The notes under the pieces were generated by a model. It had not been told where the DNA came from, ran no database searches, and was given only the letters and a program-made list of their open reading frames with translations. Position numbers and translations under genes: made by a program. Source: Patescibacteria group bacterium (lineage in GTDB: Bacteria > Patescibacteriota > Minisyncoccia > Phycocordibacterales > EsbW-18). Taken from it: a stretch of 64,000 nt of DNA. Below are positions 23,904 to 33,237 of the stretch, one piece after another; position 1 is the stretch's first letter, and every line of letters starts with the position of its first letter. The stretch is taken from NCBI GenBank assembly GCA_038064475.1, contig JBBTTA010000001.1, positions 187,795 through 251,794 on the forward strand, read 5' to 3'.

Positions 23904-24887
23904 TTATTTTCCGCCCAATACCTTTGTGAGTGCTTCTCCTATTTCCTTTAATGAAGCGTCGTCATATACCGAAACACTCAAAATATTCTTCTCAGAAATT
24001 TTTGTCGCTTTTGCAAACACTTTTTTTCTTTTTGTAAATTCTTTTGTGTCGATGAGGTCAGTTTTTGTGAGAATCACACGTTCTGGTTTTGTAGCAAGCT
24101 CTTCACTGTATGCAGCAAGTTCTTCACGAATTGTTTTGTACGTTGTAACAAGATCTTCGTGCTCAAGGGAAATGCAATGCAAAATCATTTTTGTTCGCGT
24201 TACATGGCGCAAAAATTGATGCCCAAGTCCTTTGCCTTCTGATGCCCCTTCAATGAGTCCGGGAATGTCGGCAAGAATGTAGCCGTACAACATACCGAGG
24301 TTTGGGTTGAGTGTGGTGAACGCATATGCTCCAACTTTTGCGTGCGCGCCCGTGAGTTCGTTCAACAAACTTGATTTGCCGGCATTTGGTAGACCAATCA
24401 ATCCCGCATCAACAACAAGACGAAGTTCAACATGAAAATCCGCTTCTTCGCCCGGCTTTCCTTTTGTTGACTGCATCGGTGTTACGTTCTTTGAACCTTT
24501 GAAGTGTTCATTACCATATCCGTTCGATCCCCCCTTCAATACTTTGTGACGTTCGCCTTCCTGCAACAATTCCCACACTTCCCCTGTGTGTTCATTTGTC
24601 ACAACAGATCCAACAGGAAATTGCATTACGAGATCTTCACCCGCCGCACCTTCTTTGCTTTGACCTTTTCCTGCAAAACCATTTCGCGCAGCATAATTCT
24701 TCTCATGCATGTAGCCAGAGAGCGCCGTAACGTCACGCACACCTTCAATATAGACGCTACCACCGCGGCCTCCGTTGCCTCCTGCGGCTCCCGAATATTC
24801 TTTTCCTTTCAGGTGAAGCCAGCGTACGACACCGTCGCCGCCCTTGCCCGCCTTCAAGTGGAGGTTTAGTTCATCAATAAATGCCAT
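23904..24887 (-). CDS. obg: GTPase Obg/CgtA.
   Basis: MAFIDELNLHLKAGKGGDGVV...GGNGGRGGSVY is the Obg fold N-terminus. G motifs are ADIPGLIEGASEGKGLG and TKTDL. Confidence 0.85.
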   Translation of the reverse strand: MAFIDELNLHLKAGKGGDGVVRWLHLKGKEYSGAAGGNGGRGGSVYIEGVRDVTALSGYMHEKNYAARNGFAGKGQSKEGAAGEDLVMQFPVGSVVTNEHTGEVWELLQEGERHKVLKGGSNGYGNEHFKGSKNVTPMQSTKGKPGEEADFHVELRLVVDAGLIGLPNAGKSSLLNELTGAHAKVGAYAFTTLNPNLGMLYGYILADIPGLIEGASEGKGLGHQFLRHVTRTKMILHCISLEHEDLVTTYKTIREELAAYSEELATKPERVILTKTDLIDTKEFTKRKKVFAKATKISEKNILSVSVYDDASLKEIGEALTKVLGGK

Positions 24888-25016
24888 GGTAGTAGAAGCA
24901 GGAATCAAGAATCAGGAATCATGAATAAAAGAAAAATCCTTTCAAACCTTGATTCTTGATTCAAACTTCTTGATTCTGCCTTGCTCACTGTAGCGTACTT
25001 GCATGTAATTAAAAAG

Positions 25017-25040
25017 CAGACCCCGCTATGAGCGGGGTCG
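25017..25040 (-). terminator. Rho-independent terminator on the minus strand (GACCCCGC-TCATA-GCGGGGTC then TGCTTTTT).
   Basis: The 8-bp GC stem is perfect and a U-run follows. It sits 13 nt after the stop of the 88-aa ORF. Confidence 0.6.
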
Positions 25041-25052
25041 AAATGCGGTTTG

Positions 25053-25319
25053 CTAGTAAGGCCAACCGCGTCGGGCTGGAATCACCAAAACCGGCGATTG
25101 ACTGAGAAGCGAAAGCCTGTGCTTGCTGTACGGAACCGAGCAATTCGCGCAGAGAGGGTCGGGATTGACACCCCCCTCCAAGTGCGCAAACTGCCCACAA
25201 CTCTCGCGCTCTTGAGGAACTTCGGCACCGTACACCTCCAGAGGGTCCCCCGGAAAGATGATGTCTGAAGGGAAACTGAACTCGTCTACTTTTTTGGAGT
25301 TGACGGGATCTTCACTCAT
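25053..25319 (-). CDS. High-GC hypothetical protein of 88 aa.
   Basis: It has a consensus RBS (cttaaaaggagcagcgtATG), an 88-aa ORF and an intrinsic terminator. Local GC is about 60% against about 42% in flanking DNA. No family was recognised. Confidence 0.45.
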   Translation of the reverse strand: MSEDPVNSKKVDEFSFPSDIIFPGDPLEVYGAEVPQERESCGQFAHLEGGVNPDPLCANCSVPYSKHRLSLLSQSPVLVIPARRGWPY

Positions 25320-25387
25320 ACGCTGCTCCTTTTAAGAGTTGTTGTTCACCTATAAAAGACTCTATGCCGCAAAAAGTATGTTGTCAA

Positions 25388-26287
25388 CTACGTTTGAAGC
25401 GCGAGCTGTGCGAGCGCGAGTGCTCCTTCTTTTGTTTTTGCGACTGCCATAAAGCGTTTGTTATGACAAAAGACTGAATCAGAGACTCCGGATACTTCCG
25501 CGAGTTCTGCATCGCGTTTTCCCGCCCATGACTCTGGCAAACTTTTTCTATTTTTATAAACACGAACATCATCAACTGCACAGACCACTTGCCATATTCC
25601 TGTTTCATGCGAACGAATGAAGTAATATACCTCAGGAAATACTTCGCAAGCTTCCATAAGAAGTTCTCGGGAAGCACGTTCTTCTGTATCAAAAACTAGA
25701 ATGCTTTTATCGGTTGTTGCCAAATACACTTCTCTAGCGTATTCAAAAACACGCATACGCTCTTTTGAAAATATAATTTCTTTCTCAAGAAGCAGAGCCG
25801 CCCACGTTACAGCTTCAAGAAAAGCATCATACATTTTCCCTTCGGTATCTGCACCTGTTTTGAACGCAAACAAAGCAACTGAAAGTGTGTATGATGACAC
25901 ATCGGGAAAAAGTGGAGAAGCAATATCAACACCATTATCATGCGCATCAATAGGTTGTACGACACGAAGATCAACATCATCAGCAACCTCCTGTGCGCCA
26001 CACAAGTCCTTTCCAAATTTCTTCCATATCAAACCAAATGCTGCATATGGAATTTTATTTGTGCGTACGCCAGCACCACCTGCTTGGTGGTGATCAAATC
26101 TATGTGCAGAAGGATCGTCAATACCACCCATATCGAGCACGTAATCACCTATTGCAATAATTTCTGGATCACGTGTACGTACTACTTCAATATTTTCTTT
26201 TCCTAAAAGGAGTGAGAGAGCAGCAACACCAAACACATCATCTGCGTGAAAACCACCACTATGCGTAACAACTTTTATCTTAGTCAT
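25388..26287 (-). CDS. MYG1/UPF0160-family metal-dependent hydrolase.
   Basis: MTKIKVVTHSGGFHADDVFGVAAL and ...DHHQ are the family hallmarks. Confidence 0.65.
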   Translation of the reverse strand: MTKIKVVTHSGGFHADDVFGVAALSLLLGKENIEVVRTRDPEIIAIGDYVLDMGGIDDPSAHRFDHHQAGGAGVRTNKIPYAAFGLIWKKFGKDLCGAQEVADDVDLRVVQPIDAHDNGVDIASPLFPDVSSYTLSVALFAFKTGADTEGKMYDAFLEAVTWAALLLEKEIIFSKERMRVFEYAREVYLATTDKSILVFDTEERASRELLMEACEVFPEVYYFIRSHETGIWQVVCAVDDVRVYKNRKSLPESWAGKRDAELAEVSGVSDSVFCHNKRFMAVAKTKEGALALAQLALQT

Positions 26288-26621
26288 CCTTTGAGAAGCG
26301 CCCAACAATCCATGACACTACAGAAATAAGCAACGCTCCGATGAATGCTGGGATAAATCCGTCAATTGAGAAGCCATCGATGAAGCTTGCGACGAACCAG
26401 AGCAACAATGCATTGATGACGAATGTAAAAAGTCCGAGAGTAATAATGTTTATTGGAAGCGTCAAAATGACGACGATTGGCTTGATGATGAGATTCACGA
26501 GACCAAGCACAACAGCAACGATAAGTGCTGTGACAAAACTTGCGACAGCAAATCCTGGCACAACGTAGGCAACCAAAAGTAATGTTGCCGCAGTTACAAT
26601 CAATTTAATGAGTATGTGCAT
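26280..26621 (-). CDS. DUF360/holin superfamily-IV-like 4-TM membrane protein.
   Basis: VPGFAVASFVTALIVAVVLGLVNLIIKPIVVILTLPINIITLGLFTFVINALLLW is the typical pattern. Confidence 0.5.
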   Translation of the reverse strand: MHILIKLIVTAATLLLVAYVVPGFAVASFVTALIVAVVLGLVNLIIKPIVVILTLPINIITLGLFTFVINALLLWFVASFIDGFSIDGFIPAFIGALLISVVSWIVGRFSKDD

Positions 26622-26660
26622 AAGAGAGTAAAAAGTAATATGTAAAAAGTAATGAGTAAC

Positions 26661-27332
26661 TTATTCTACCGAACCTTCCTCTGTAGGTAGTATAACATTT
26701 GCCGCCTTCTTCCGACGCCACCACAAGAAGCCGGCAACAGAGACAACTAAAAGAATGAGAACGATGTTGTTGATATGCTCGACCACCGTCGCATATCTGT
26801 GATAGATCGAAGCGAATTGCCACCCCACAAACCCCGACCACAAGGCACGAATAATAGAACCAAAAAAAGTATGGAATAAAAACGAGCCCAAGGGCCAGCG
26901 CACGATGCCACAAAAGATATTGATTGCTAAAGACGGCATGAGTGGAAACGATCGAGCGGCAAAAAGAATCACTTCATCTGTTCGATGCCCTTTCATGTAC
27001 CCCTGTAATTTCTCAATATCGTTCCACGAAAAACCTATTTTGCTTCCCCACTTCTCGACAATTGGACGGCCCCCCAAATACACAACGCCGTAGACAATCG
27101 TAGCTCCAAGTGTAAGCCCTGCGGCAATAGGAAGACCTACCATCCAAAAAAGTTTGAGTAGTGAAGCAAACGATAGCGACGCGCCTTCAAGAAAAACAAA
27201 TCCCGCAGTTACAGTAACAAGTGTTGATGGAATCGGAGGAATAATCTCCTGAAGAAAAGCAAGCCCAAATACCCCCCATGGTCCAAAAGCGAGAAAAGTT
27301 GTTTGTACACTAGCAATGAGTGTTTCAAGCAT
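26661..27332 (-). CDS. dedA: DedA/SNARE-associated family membrane protein.
   Basis: The topology and motifs are DedA-like (..LQEIIPPIPSTLVTVTAGFVF.. and G...YLGGRPIVEKWG). Confidence 0.6.
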   Translation of the reverse strand: MLETLIASVQTTFLAFGPWGVFGLAFLQEIIPPIPSTLVTVTAGFVFLEGASLSFASLLKLFWMVGLPIAAGLTLGATIVYGVVYLGGRPIVEKWGSKIGFSWNDIEKLQGYMKGHRTDEVILFAARSFPLMPSLAINIFCGIVRWPLGSFLFHTFFGSIIRALWSGFVGWQFASIYHRYATVVEHINNIVLILLVVSVAGFLWWRRKKAANVILPTEEGSVE

Positions 27333-27335
27333 AGA

Positions 27336-29861
27336 TTAGAGCATCTTCCATTCCCCTGTCGCAATGAGCGATTCTGCTTTTTTAAATTTCATCTCACGCG
27401 TTTCGCTACCATTAGTAATTTTCACTGTATCATTTCGTCCAATCTTTTCTTTTGTGTGAAGAGGTGTGTTTGTCGTCGTGCCATCACCACCGAGTGTCTT
27501 CAATTTTTCATGCTCTTTGCGGAGCCGTTCTTCTTCGCGCGCAAATGCACCTGCACCAATTCTTGGAATCATTTCCATAATCTGATTCGCAACAGCCTCC
27601 TGCATTTCACGAAAGAGACGAATGCCCTCGCGTTGGTATTCAACAAGAGGGTCACGCTGACCATATGCACGAAGACTTACTGATGAGCGTGTGTAGTCCA
27701 TAAGCTCGAGATGTTCAACCCAGAGCATATCGATTGTTTGGAGAATAAGACGACGTGCTGCTTCAAAAAAGGCTTCGTCACCAAGTGTTTTTCGTTTTTC
27801 TTCAATCGATTTGAGTATTGCCTCATCTCCTGCAACATATTCCAGAAGCACAGTCTCAACATCGTCTTGTGTTCCCAACAAAATTTGTTTACGACGACTG
27901 TAGACTGCAGTACGTTGTGTATTCAATACATCGTCAAACTCAAGCACGTGTTTTCGCGCATCAAAGTTCAATCCTTCAATCTTTTTCTGTGCAGATTCAA
28001 GTGAGCGATTAATGAGACTGTTTTCAATTGGCATGTCCTCTGGTATACCGAGCTTCCCCATCATTGTTTTTACGGTGTCAGATGCAAACACACGCATAAG
28101 CTGGTCTTCAAGAGAAACAAAGAACTGCGTTTCACCGGGGTCTCCTTGGCGACCGGAACGTCCACGGAGCTGATCGTCGATGCGTCGTGCTTCATGACGC
28201 TCTGTACCAAGCACAAACAAACCACCGAGTGATTTCACGTCTTCGTACTCCTCTTTTGATGCGAGCGCACCACCGAGTTTGATGTCGACACCACGACCGG
28301 CCATGTTTGTTGCAACGGTCACCGATCCTTTGTGTCCCGCCTGCGCAACAATCTCACCTTCGCGTTCGTGGTTTTTCGCGTTCAAGATTGTGTGTTCAAC
28401 GCCCTCTTGCTCTAGATACATCGACAACATTTCGTTTTTCTCAACAGACACCGTACCAATCAACACCGGCTGTCCTTTTTCTTGAAGTTCTTTTGTTTTC
28501 TTTGCAATCGCGGCAAATTTTCCTTGTTCGGTTTGATAAATGAAATCGTTTTTATCAGAACGCTGAATTGCCTTATTTGTTGGCACGAGAATTACCTGAA
28601 GTCCATACACTTTGTAGAACTCTTCTGCGCTTGTCTGTGCAGTACCCGTCATGCCCGAAAGCTTTTTGTAGAGACGGAAATAGTTTTGATATGTGATTGA
28701 CGCGAACGTACGAGATTCATCCTGAATACGTACACCCTCCTTCGCTTCAATTGCTTGGTGCAATCCTTCTGACCATCGGCGTGATGGTTGCATTCGGCCC
28801 GTAAACTCATCGATGATGACAATCTCATCGTCTTTCACCACATATTGCTGGTCGCGTTTATAGAGTGCTTTTGCACGAACAGCAGTTTGCAAATGATGCA
28901 CGTATCGTGTGCCGGCATCTGTATAAATATTTTCTACCCCAAGAACCTTCTCTGCTTTTTGAATTCCCGCATCGGTGAGCAAGACTGCATGCTTCTTTTC
29001 ATCAACTTCGTAGTCCTCAACTTCGTTCAGGGTGCTCGCAATACGCGCAAATGTCGTGTAGAGCTCTCCTGTACCACGTGCCGTCATCGAAATAATGAGT
29101 GGTGTGCGCGCTTCATCGATGAGAATAGAGTCAATTTCGTCGACAATAGCATAGTTGTGTCCCCCCTCATCTGGCATCCTCTGTGCCAAGTCCTCTTTTC
29201 GATACACCGTATTATCACGAAGGTAGTCAAAGCCGAATTCGCTGTTTGTTCCGTAGGTAATATCCGCGCGATAGACGTCATGTTTTGACGCGGGACGCAA
29301 AAATTCATGTACAACTTTGAAAGACCCTTCCGCATCGCGTTCTTTATCTGCTTCTGTATGTGATGGATCGTAGAGGAACGATTGATTCTGCCCATTAATA
29401 ACTCCGACCGAAAGTCCAAGGAATGCGTAAATTTGTCCCATCCATGTTGCATCACGACGTGCGAGGTAATCGTTCACCGTTACGATGTGCACGCCCTTGC
29501 CACTAAGCGCATTTAAATATGCAGGCAATGTTGCAACGAGTGTTTTTCCTTCACCAGTGCGCATTTCTGCAATTGAGTGATTGTGCAAAATAATGCCACC
29601 CATGAGTTGCACGTCGTAGTGTCGCTGTCCAAGTGTACGCTTTGAAGCTTCACGCACCGCTGCGAATGCGCGTGGCAAAATATCATCGAGAGCTTTTCCA
29701 TTCGCGAGTTCTTGTTTTAGTTCAACCGTAACATTCTTCAAGTCAGCGTCAGAACGTTTCTCCATCTCTTGTTCAAGTACATTTATAGATGCAATTAAAG
29801 GATCGTATTTCTTGAGAAATCGTGTTGTGTCACTTCCAAAAAGTCCTTGTAAAAAGCTCAT
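27336..29861 (-). CDS. secA: Preprotein translocase ATPase SecA.
   Basis: The 841-aa protein shows the HYDVQLMGGIILHNHSIAEMRTGEGKTLVATLPAYLNAL DEAD-like motor, IDEARTPLIIS and TNMAGRGVDIKLGG. Confidence 0.95.
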   Translation of the reverse strand: MSFLQGLFGSDTTRFLKKYDPLIASINVLEQEMEKRSDADLKNVTVELKQELANGKALDDILPRAFAAVREASKRTLGQRHYDVQLMGGIILHNHSIAEMRTGEGKTLVATLPAYLNALSGKGVHIVTVNDYLARRDATWMGQIYAFLGLSVGVINGQNQSFLYDPSHTEADKERDAEGSFKVVHEFLRPASKHDVYRADITYGTNSEFGFDYLRDNTVYRKEDLAQRMPDEGGHNYAIVDEIDSILIDEARTPLIISMTARGTGELYTTFARIASTLNEVEDYEVDEKKHAVLLTDAGIQKAEKVLGVENIYTDAGTRYVHHLQTAVRAKALYKRDQQYVVKDDEIVIIDEFTGRMQPSRRWSEGLHQAIEAKEGVRIQDESRTFASITYQNYFRLYKKLSGMTGTAQTSAEEFYKVYGLQVILVPTNKAIQRSDKNDFIYQTEQGKFAAIAKKTKELQEKGQPVLIGTVSVEKNEMLSMYLEQEGVEHTILNAKNHEREGEIVAQAGHKGSVTVATNMAGRGVDIKLGGALASKEEYEDVKSLGGLFVLGTERHEARRIDDQLRGRSGRQGDPGETQFFVSLEDQLMRVFASDTVKTMMGKLGIPEDMPIENSLINRSLESAQKKIEGLNFDARKHVLEFDDVLNTQRTAVYSRRKQILLGTQDDVETVLLEYVAGDEAILKSIEEKRKTLGDEAFFEAARRLILQTIDMLWVEHLELMDYTRSSVSLRAYGQRDPLVEYQREGIRLFREMQEAVANQIMEMIPRIGAGAFAREEERLRKEHEKLKTLGGDGTTTNTPLHTKEKIGRNDTVKITNGSETREMKFKKAESLIATGEWKML

Positions 29862-29918
29862 ATGGGCGTTGATTTTTCATATTTTAGCACAAAACGCGAC
29901 TTCGGAGAACAGAAATAC

Positions 29919-29946
29919 AAATCCCCGCGTAAGCGGGGTTTTGTAT
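29919..29946. terminator. Bidirectional intrinsic terminator (AAATCCCCGCG-TAA-GCGGGGTTTTGTAT).
   Basis: The 7-bp GC stem has A- and T-runs on both sides. It lies between secA and the small basic ORF. Confidence 0.55.
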
Positions 29947-29963
29947 AAGTGGAACAAAGATGA

Positions 29964-30056
29964 CTAGCGTCGTGATCGCTTTGACTTCTTTGCAGCCTTG
30001 CGCTTCGTTGTGCGCTTTGCTGTCTTCTTCTTTGCTGCCTTTCGTTTTTTGGCCAT
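29964..30056 (-). CDS. Tiny Lys/Ala-rich basic protein of 30 aa (MAKKRKAAKKKTAKRTTKRKAAKKSKRSRR).
   Basis: The ORF sits between a perfect 18-bp palindrome (9 nt upstream of the ATG) and an intrinsic terminator. Its composition resembles histone H1/Hc1-like or ribosomal-tail peptides. No SD sequence is evident. Confidence 0.35.
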   Translation of the reverse strand: MAKKRKAAKKKTAKRTTKRKAAKKSKRSRR

Positions 30057-30064
30057 ATGTGTGA

Positions 30065-30082
30065 TTACAATCTAGATTGTAA
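30065..30082. promoter_or_regulatory. Perfect 18-bp palindrome TTACAATCTAGATTGTAA, an operator-like site.
   Basis: Read directly. It lies immediately upstream of the small basic ORF. Confidence 0.45.
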
Positions 30083-30391
30083 CGGTAAACTTTTTGTAAA
30101 GGTCGACCCTGCACATCCCGCGTCGTAACACGCATGACATGCTGTGCACTACATTTAGTATCGTGCAATGCACACACGAACACAATGGTTTTTTCACATT
30201 GTTGTGGATAACTATTCGCTCACAAAAAGTTCTAAAAATCACGAAAAAATCCTGCTAGATTTTTTCTCTGTACAATGCCGTCGCATCTCCCAAGGATTTT
30301 TAGAACTTTTTGTTCACTCCTTGCGCAAATACGAGGTTTTTAAAATAAAAAACACTCATTCCCCCGTTAAAATACAAAAAATACTTATCCC

Positions 30392-31396
30392 CTAAAGAGA
30401 GACAACCTCACGTTCTATGTGTATTCCAGTTGCAGCAAAAACTTTTTCTTCAACATGATGCGCAAATGAATGTATCTCTTTCTCTGTTGCCCCCGCGTAT
30501 GCAACAAGTACGAGTGGTTGGTGCTCAAACAATGCGACGTTTCCTTCTCTATACCCCTTGAGATGGCACACCTTGTCCAGAACCCATGCGAGCGAAATCT
30601 TGCTCATTGTTTCTGACACAGGAAATACAGGGATATCTGGATATACCCCCTTCAGGCGAGTGCTTTCCTCTATAGATACAATGGGGTTCTTAAAAAATGA
30701 CCCCGCCGTACCAACGTGCGTCAGGTCAGGAAATTTTTTTGAACGAATCTGCAATACTCCCTCTCGAATTTCAGATAGTGTCGGATTTTTCTCACCAAAA
30801 CGCTCTCTGAGATCTTTGTACGCAATAGTAGGCTGTACTTTTTTTGAAAGAGAAAAAGATACGTTTGTAATAATGTACTGTCCTTGTGGCGCGTGTTTGA
30901 AAAAACTATCGCGATACGCAAACTGACATTCTGTATTTGAAAATACGCGCATCGATTCTTTGTGAGTGTCGTATGCTCGCACGTCGGTGATAACACCCTT
31001 CACCTCAACACTGTACGCTCCAACATTTTGAATTGGTGTTGCTCCAACTGTTCCTGGTATTCCTGAAAGATTTTCGACTCCCCATACACCTTTCTCAACC
31101 ATCTGTGAAACAAATGCATCCCACGAAACTCCAGCACCAGCATGAATATGTACATTCTCATTCTCTTCTGCAACATGCACACCTTGTATATCCATTTTAA
31201 TAACACAACCATCGAATCCATCATCTGAACACAAAATGTTTGAGCCACCACCAATCACATTCCATCGAATGTGTTTGTGTTTTAGCTCACGAATGATACC
31301 AACAAGTTCTTCTTCACTTGAAACAGACACAAAGAAGCGCGCCTTTCCTCCGGCGCGCAGTGTGGTGTGATCGCCCAGCGACACATTCTCCTCCAT
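30392..31396 (-). CDS. murB: UDP-N-acetylenolpyruvoylglucosamine reductase MurB. The start is probably at Met41 of the ORF.
   Basis: The FAD-binding domain motifs are LGDHTTLRAGGKARFFVSV and IGGGSNIL, and the C-terminal MurB domain is present. Confidence 0.8.
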   Translation of the reverse strand: MEENVSLGDHTTLRAGGKARFFVSVSSEEELVGIIRELKHKHIRWNVIGGGSNILCSDDGFDGCVIKMDIQGVHVAEENENVHIHAGAGVSWDAFVSQMVEKGVWGVENLSGIPGTVGATPIQNVGAYSVEVKGVITDVRAYDTHKESMRVFSNTECQFAYRDSFFKHAPQGQYIITNVSFSLSKKVQPTIAYKDLRERFGEKNPTLSEIREGVLQIRSKKFPDLTHVGTAGSFFKNPIVSIEESTRLKGVYPDIPVFPVSETMSKISLAWVLDKVCHLKGYREGNVALFEHQPLVLVAYAGATEKEIHSFAHHVEEKVFAATGIHIEREVVSL

Positions 31397-31570
31397 GTGC
31401 GGTCCGTCCATGCATGACCGGCGGGTGCTAAGCTCCACGGTATGTTCTATGTGAGTGCAGCCGCCGGCCGTGCCTAGAAAGACAATCGTCATGGTATCAC
31501 CCATACTCGTGTGCAAATCGTGAAGTGTGAACTTCCTGTGGAAAGCGTTTGAACTAAGTTTTAGCTATGC

Positions 31571-33091
31571 TTACTGGGCTCCAAAACTATAGAGTCGTTT
31601 AACCTCTTCTGCCCTTAACCCCCGACTATAAACACGCGCATCATCAAGAGTTCCAGAAAGGAGAGACCCATCACTTGCACACGTCGCAGCACCAGCCTCA
31701 CGTCCAATACAAAGTGTATTGCTGTTTGCATACGACACGACACCACTGAATGAAGAGTTTGTATCAACCGCTACACCGTTTAAATAAAGAACAAAGGTAG
31801 AACCGTTGTATGTTGCAAATACGTGATACCACGTATTATTCGAAAGGTTTGATGCAGCATACGTAACTGTACGATATGCACCTCCCACAAAAACAACTGC
31901 GCACAACGTACTTGCCGCACATGTACTGTTTTCATTTAAGCTCATCTGATAGCCCCCACTTTCTGTTTTCGAAAATAATTTTTGATTGAGTGCAGTCTTA
32001 TCAGAAAATTTTACCCATGTACCAAAAGAAACGGCAGCTGTTGGCGCAAGACCAGCAACATATGGAACAGTAACGTGGTCATTAACACCATCAAAATTAA
32101 GTCCTTGCCCAATGCGACCAATTGCCGTTGTTGTTGATGTAAACGAAGCAAGTGTACCGTTGTTACTATTTCCACTCGAGTCCATAACTTTTGGTGTCAT
32201 GTTCTTGCCGTCAAACGTCCAATGCCCCACGAGACTTGATTGAAGAGACGCTGCAAGTGATCCTCCGCTTTGTGGCACTACTCCTACTTTTGATCCAGCA
32301 CCAAGTGTGTAAAGCCGATTAATTTCTGCAACAGACAGCGCTCGGTTATATACGCGCATATCGTCAATAACACCAGGAAAATATGATGTGGACAATAAAC
32401 TATTTCCTCCGAGCTGTACGCCGGTGCTTTCTGGAATTATTGTTGCTGTGGCACCCGTACCATCTGCAACTCCATTGAAATATGTTTGTGTCACACCAGC
32501 ATTTGAAACAACAGAAATATGTGTCCATACATTTTCAGGTACTTTCGTTGTTGTTGTAACATCAATACCTCCAGCACCGCCAATGAAAAAGCGAGCTGCG
32601 TCGTTGCCGTTTGCGGCTCGGGAGTCAGCCGAAAAAATAGTGCGCCCTGTTCCTGCGTTATATTGAGAAAAGACAATATATTCTCTTTCTATCGAGAGTG
32701 CTTCGTTGTTTAATTTTATCCATGCACTTAAGGAAAATGTGGTGGTTGTAAGAAGTGGGCTGCTCCCTACCGTGACTTTATCGTCACTCCCATCAAAAAT
32801 CAGTGCCTGACCTATACGACCAACCCCTGTGGTTGTTGATGTAAATCCAGCAAGCACGCCCGTGTTCTCCTGTCCACTCGAGTCCATAACTTTTGGTGTC
32901 ATGTTCTTGCCATCAAACGTCCAATACCCGACAAGCCCCGAATTAAGCGATGAGCCAATATTAAAAAAGGATTTTACAAAAGAAATAAAGCTTGCGTGGG
33001 TAGCCAGAGGCACCACGCTTAACCAGCATATGAGTAGTACTGCACAAAAACGGACCAACCCCTGTTTCATGCCTACAGTATACACAAACAA
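31571..33091 (-). CDS. Secreted protein with two tandem LamG-like (concanavalin A-like lectin) domains.
   Basis: It has a signal peptide. The motif LVGYWTFDGKNMTPKVMDSSG....GRIGQ.L.FDG.DD.VTV occurs twice, so there is an internal duplication. Confidence 0.65.
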   Translation of the reverse strand: MFVYTVGMKQGLVRFCAVLLICWLSVVPLATHASFISFVKSFFNIGSSLNSGLVGYWTFDGKNMTPKVMDSSGQENTGVLAGFTSTTTGVGRIGQALIFDGSDDKVTVGSSPLLTTTTFSLSAWIKLNNEALSIEREYIVFSQYNAGTGRTIFSADSRAANGNDAARFFIGGAGGIDVTTTTKVPENVWTHISVVSNAGVTQTYFNGVADGTGATATIIPESTGVQLGGNSLLSTSYFPGVIDDMRVYNRALSVAEINRLYTLGAGSKVGVVPQSGGSLAASLQSSLVGHWTFDGKNMTPKVMDSSGNSNNGTLASFTSTTTAIGRIGQGLNFDGVNDHVTVPYVAGLAPTAAVSFGTWVKFSDKTALNQKLFSKTESGGYQMSLNENSTCAASTLCAVVFVGGAYRTVTYAASNLSNNTWYHVFATYNGSTFVLYLNGVAVDTNSSFSGVVSYANSNTLCIGREAGAATCASDGSLLSGTLDDARVYSRGLRAEEVKRLYSFGAQ

Positions 33092-33237
33092 AAAGGGACT
33101 GACATGTATCTAGAAACAAAAACTCCGCCGAAGGCGGAATCTTTGCGAACATATCAGTGTGGAGCGTAGAACGCCGCCGCACTCACACGAGCACTATAGC
33201 ATGTCTCGACTCATTTTGCAAGCACTCTACAAATAAT

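Noticed and set aside
25050-25268. Plus-strand 72-aa ORF in the high-GC islet.
   Set aside because: The opposite-strand ORF (25053-25319) has a consensus RBS and a downstream intrinsic terminator. The plus-strand ORF has neither.
13520-31516. Long N-terminal extensions in the ORF-track calls for fba, gap, the PfkB kinase, NUDIX, murB, rpmE, obg and the coiled-coil lytic transglycosylase.
   Set aside because: Homology begins at internal Met codons that abut upstream genes. The extensions overlap neighbouring genes and lack conservation, so internal starts were used.
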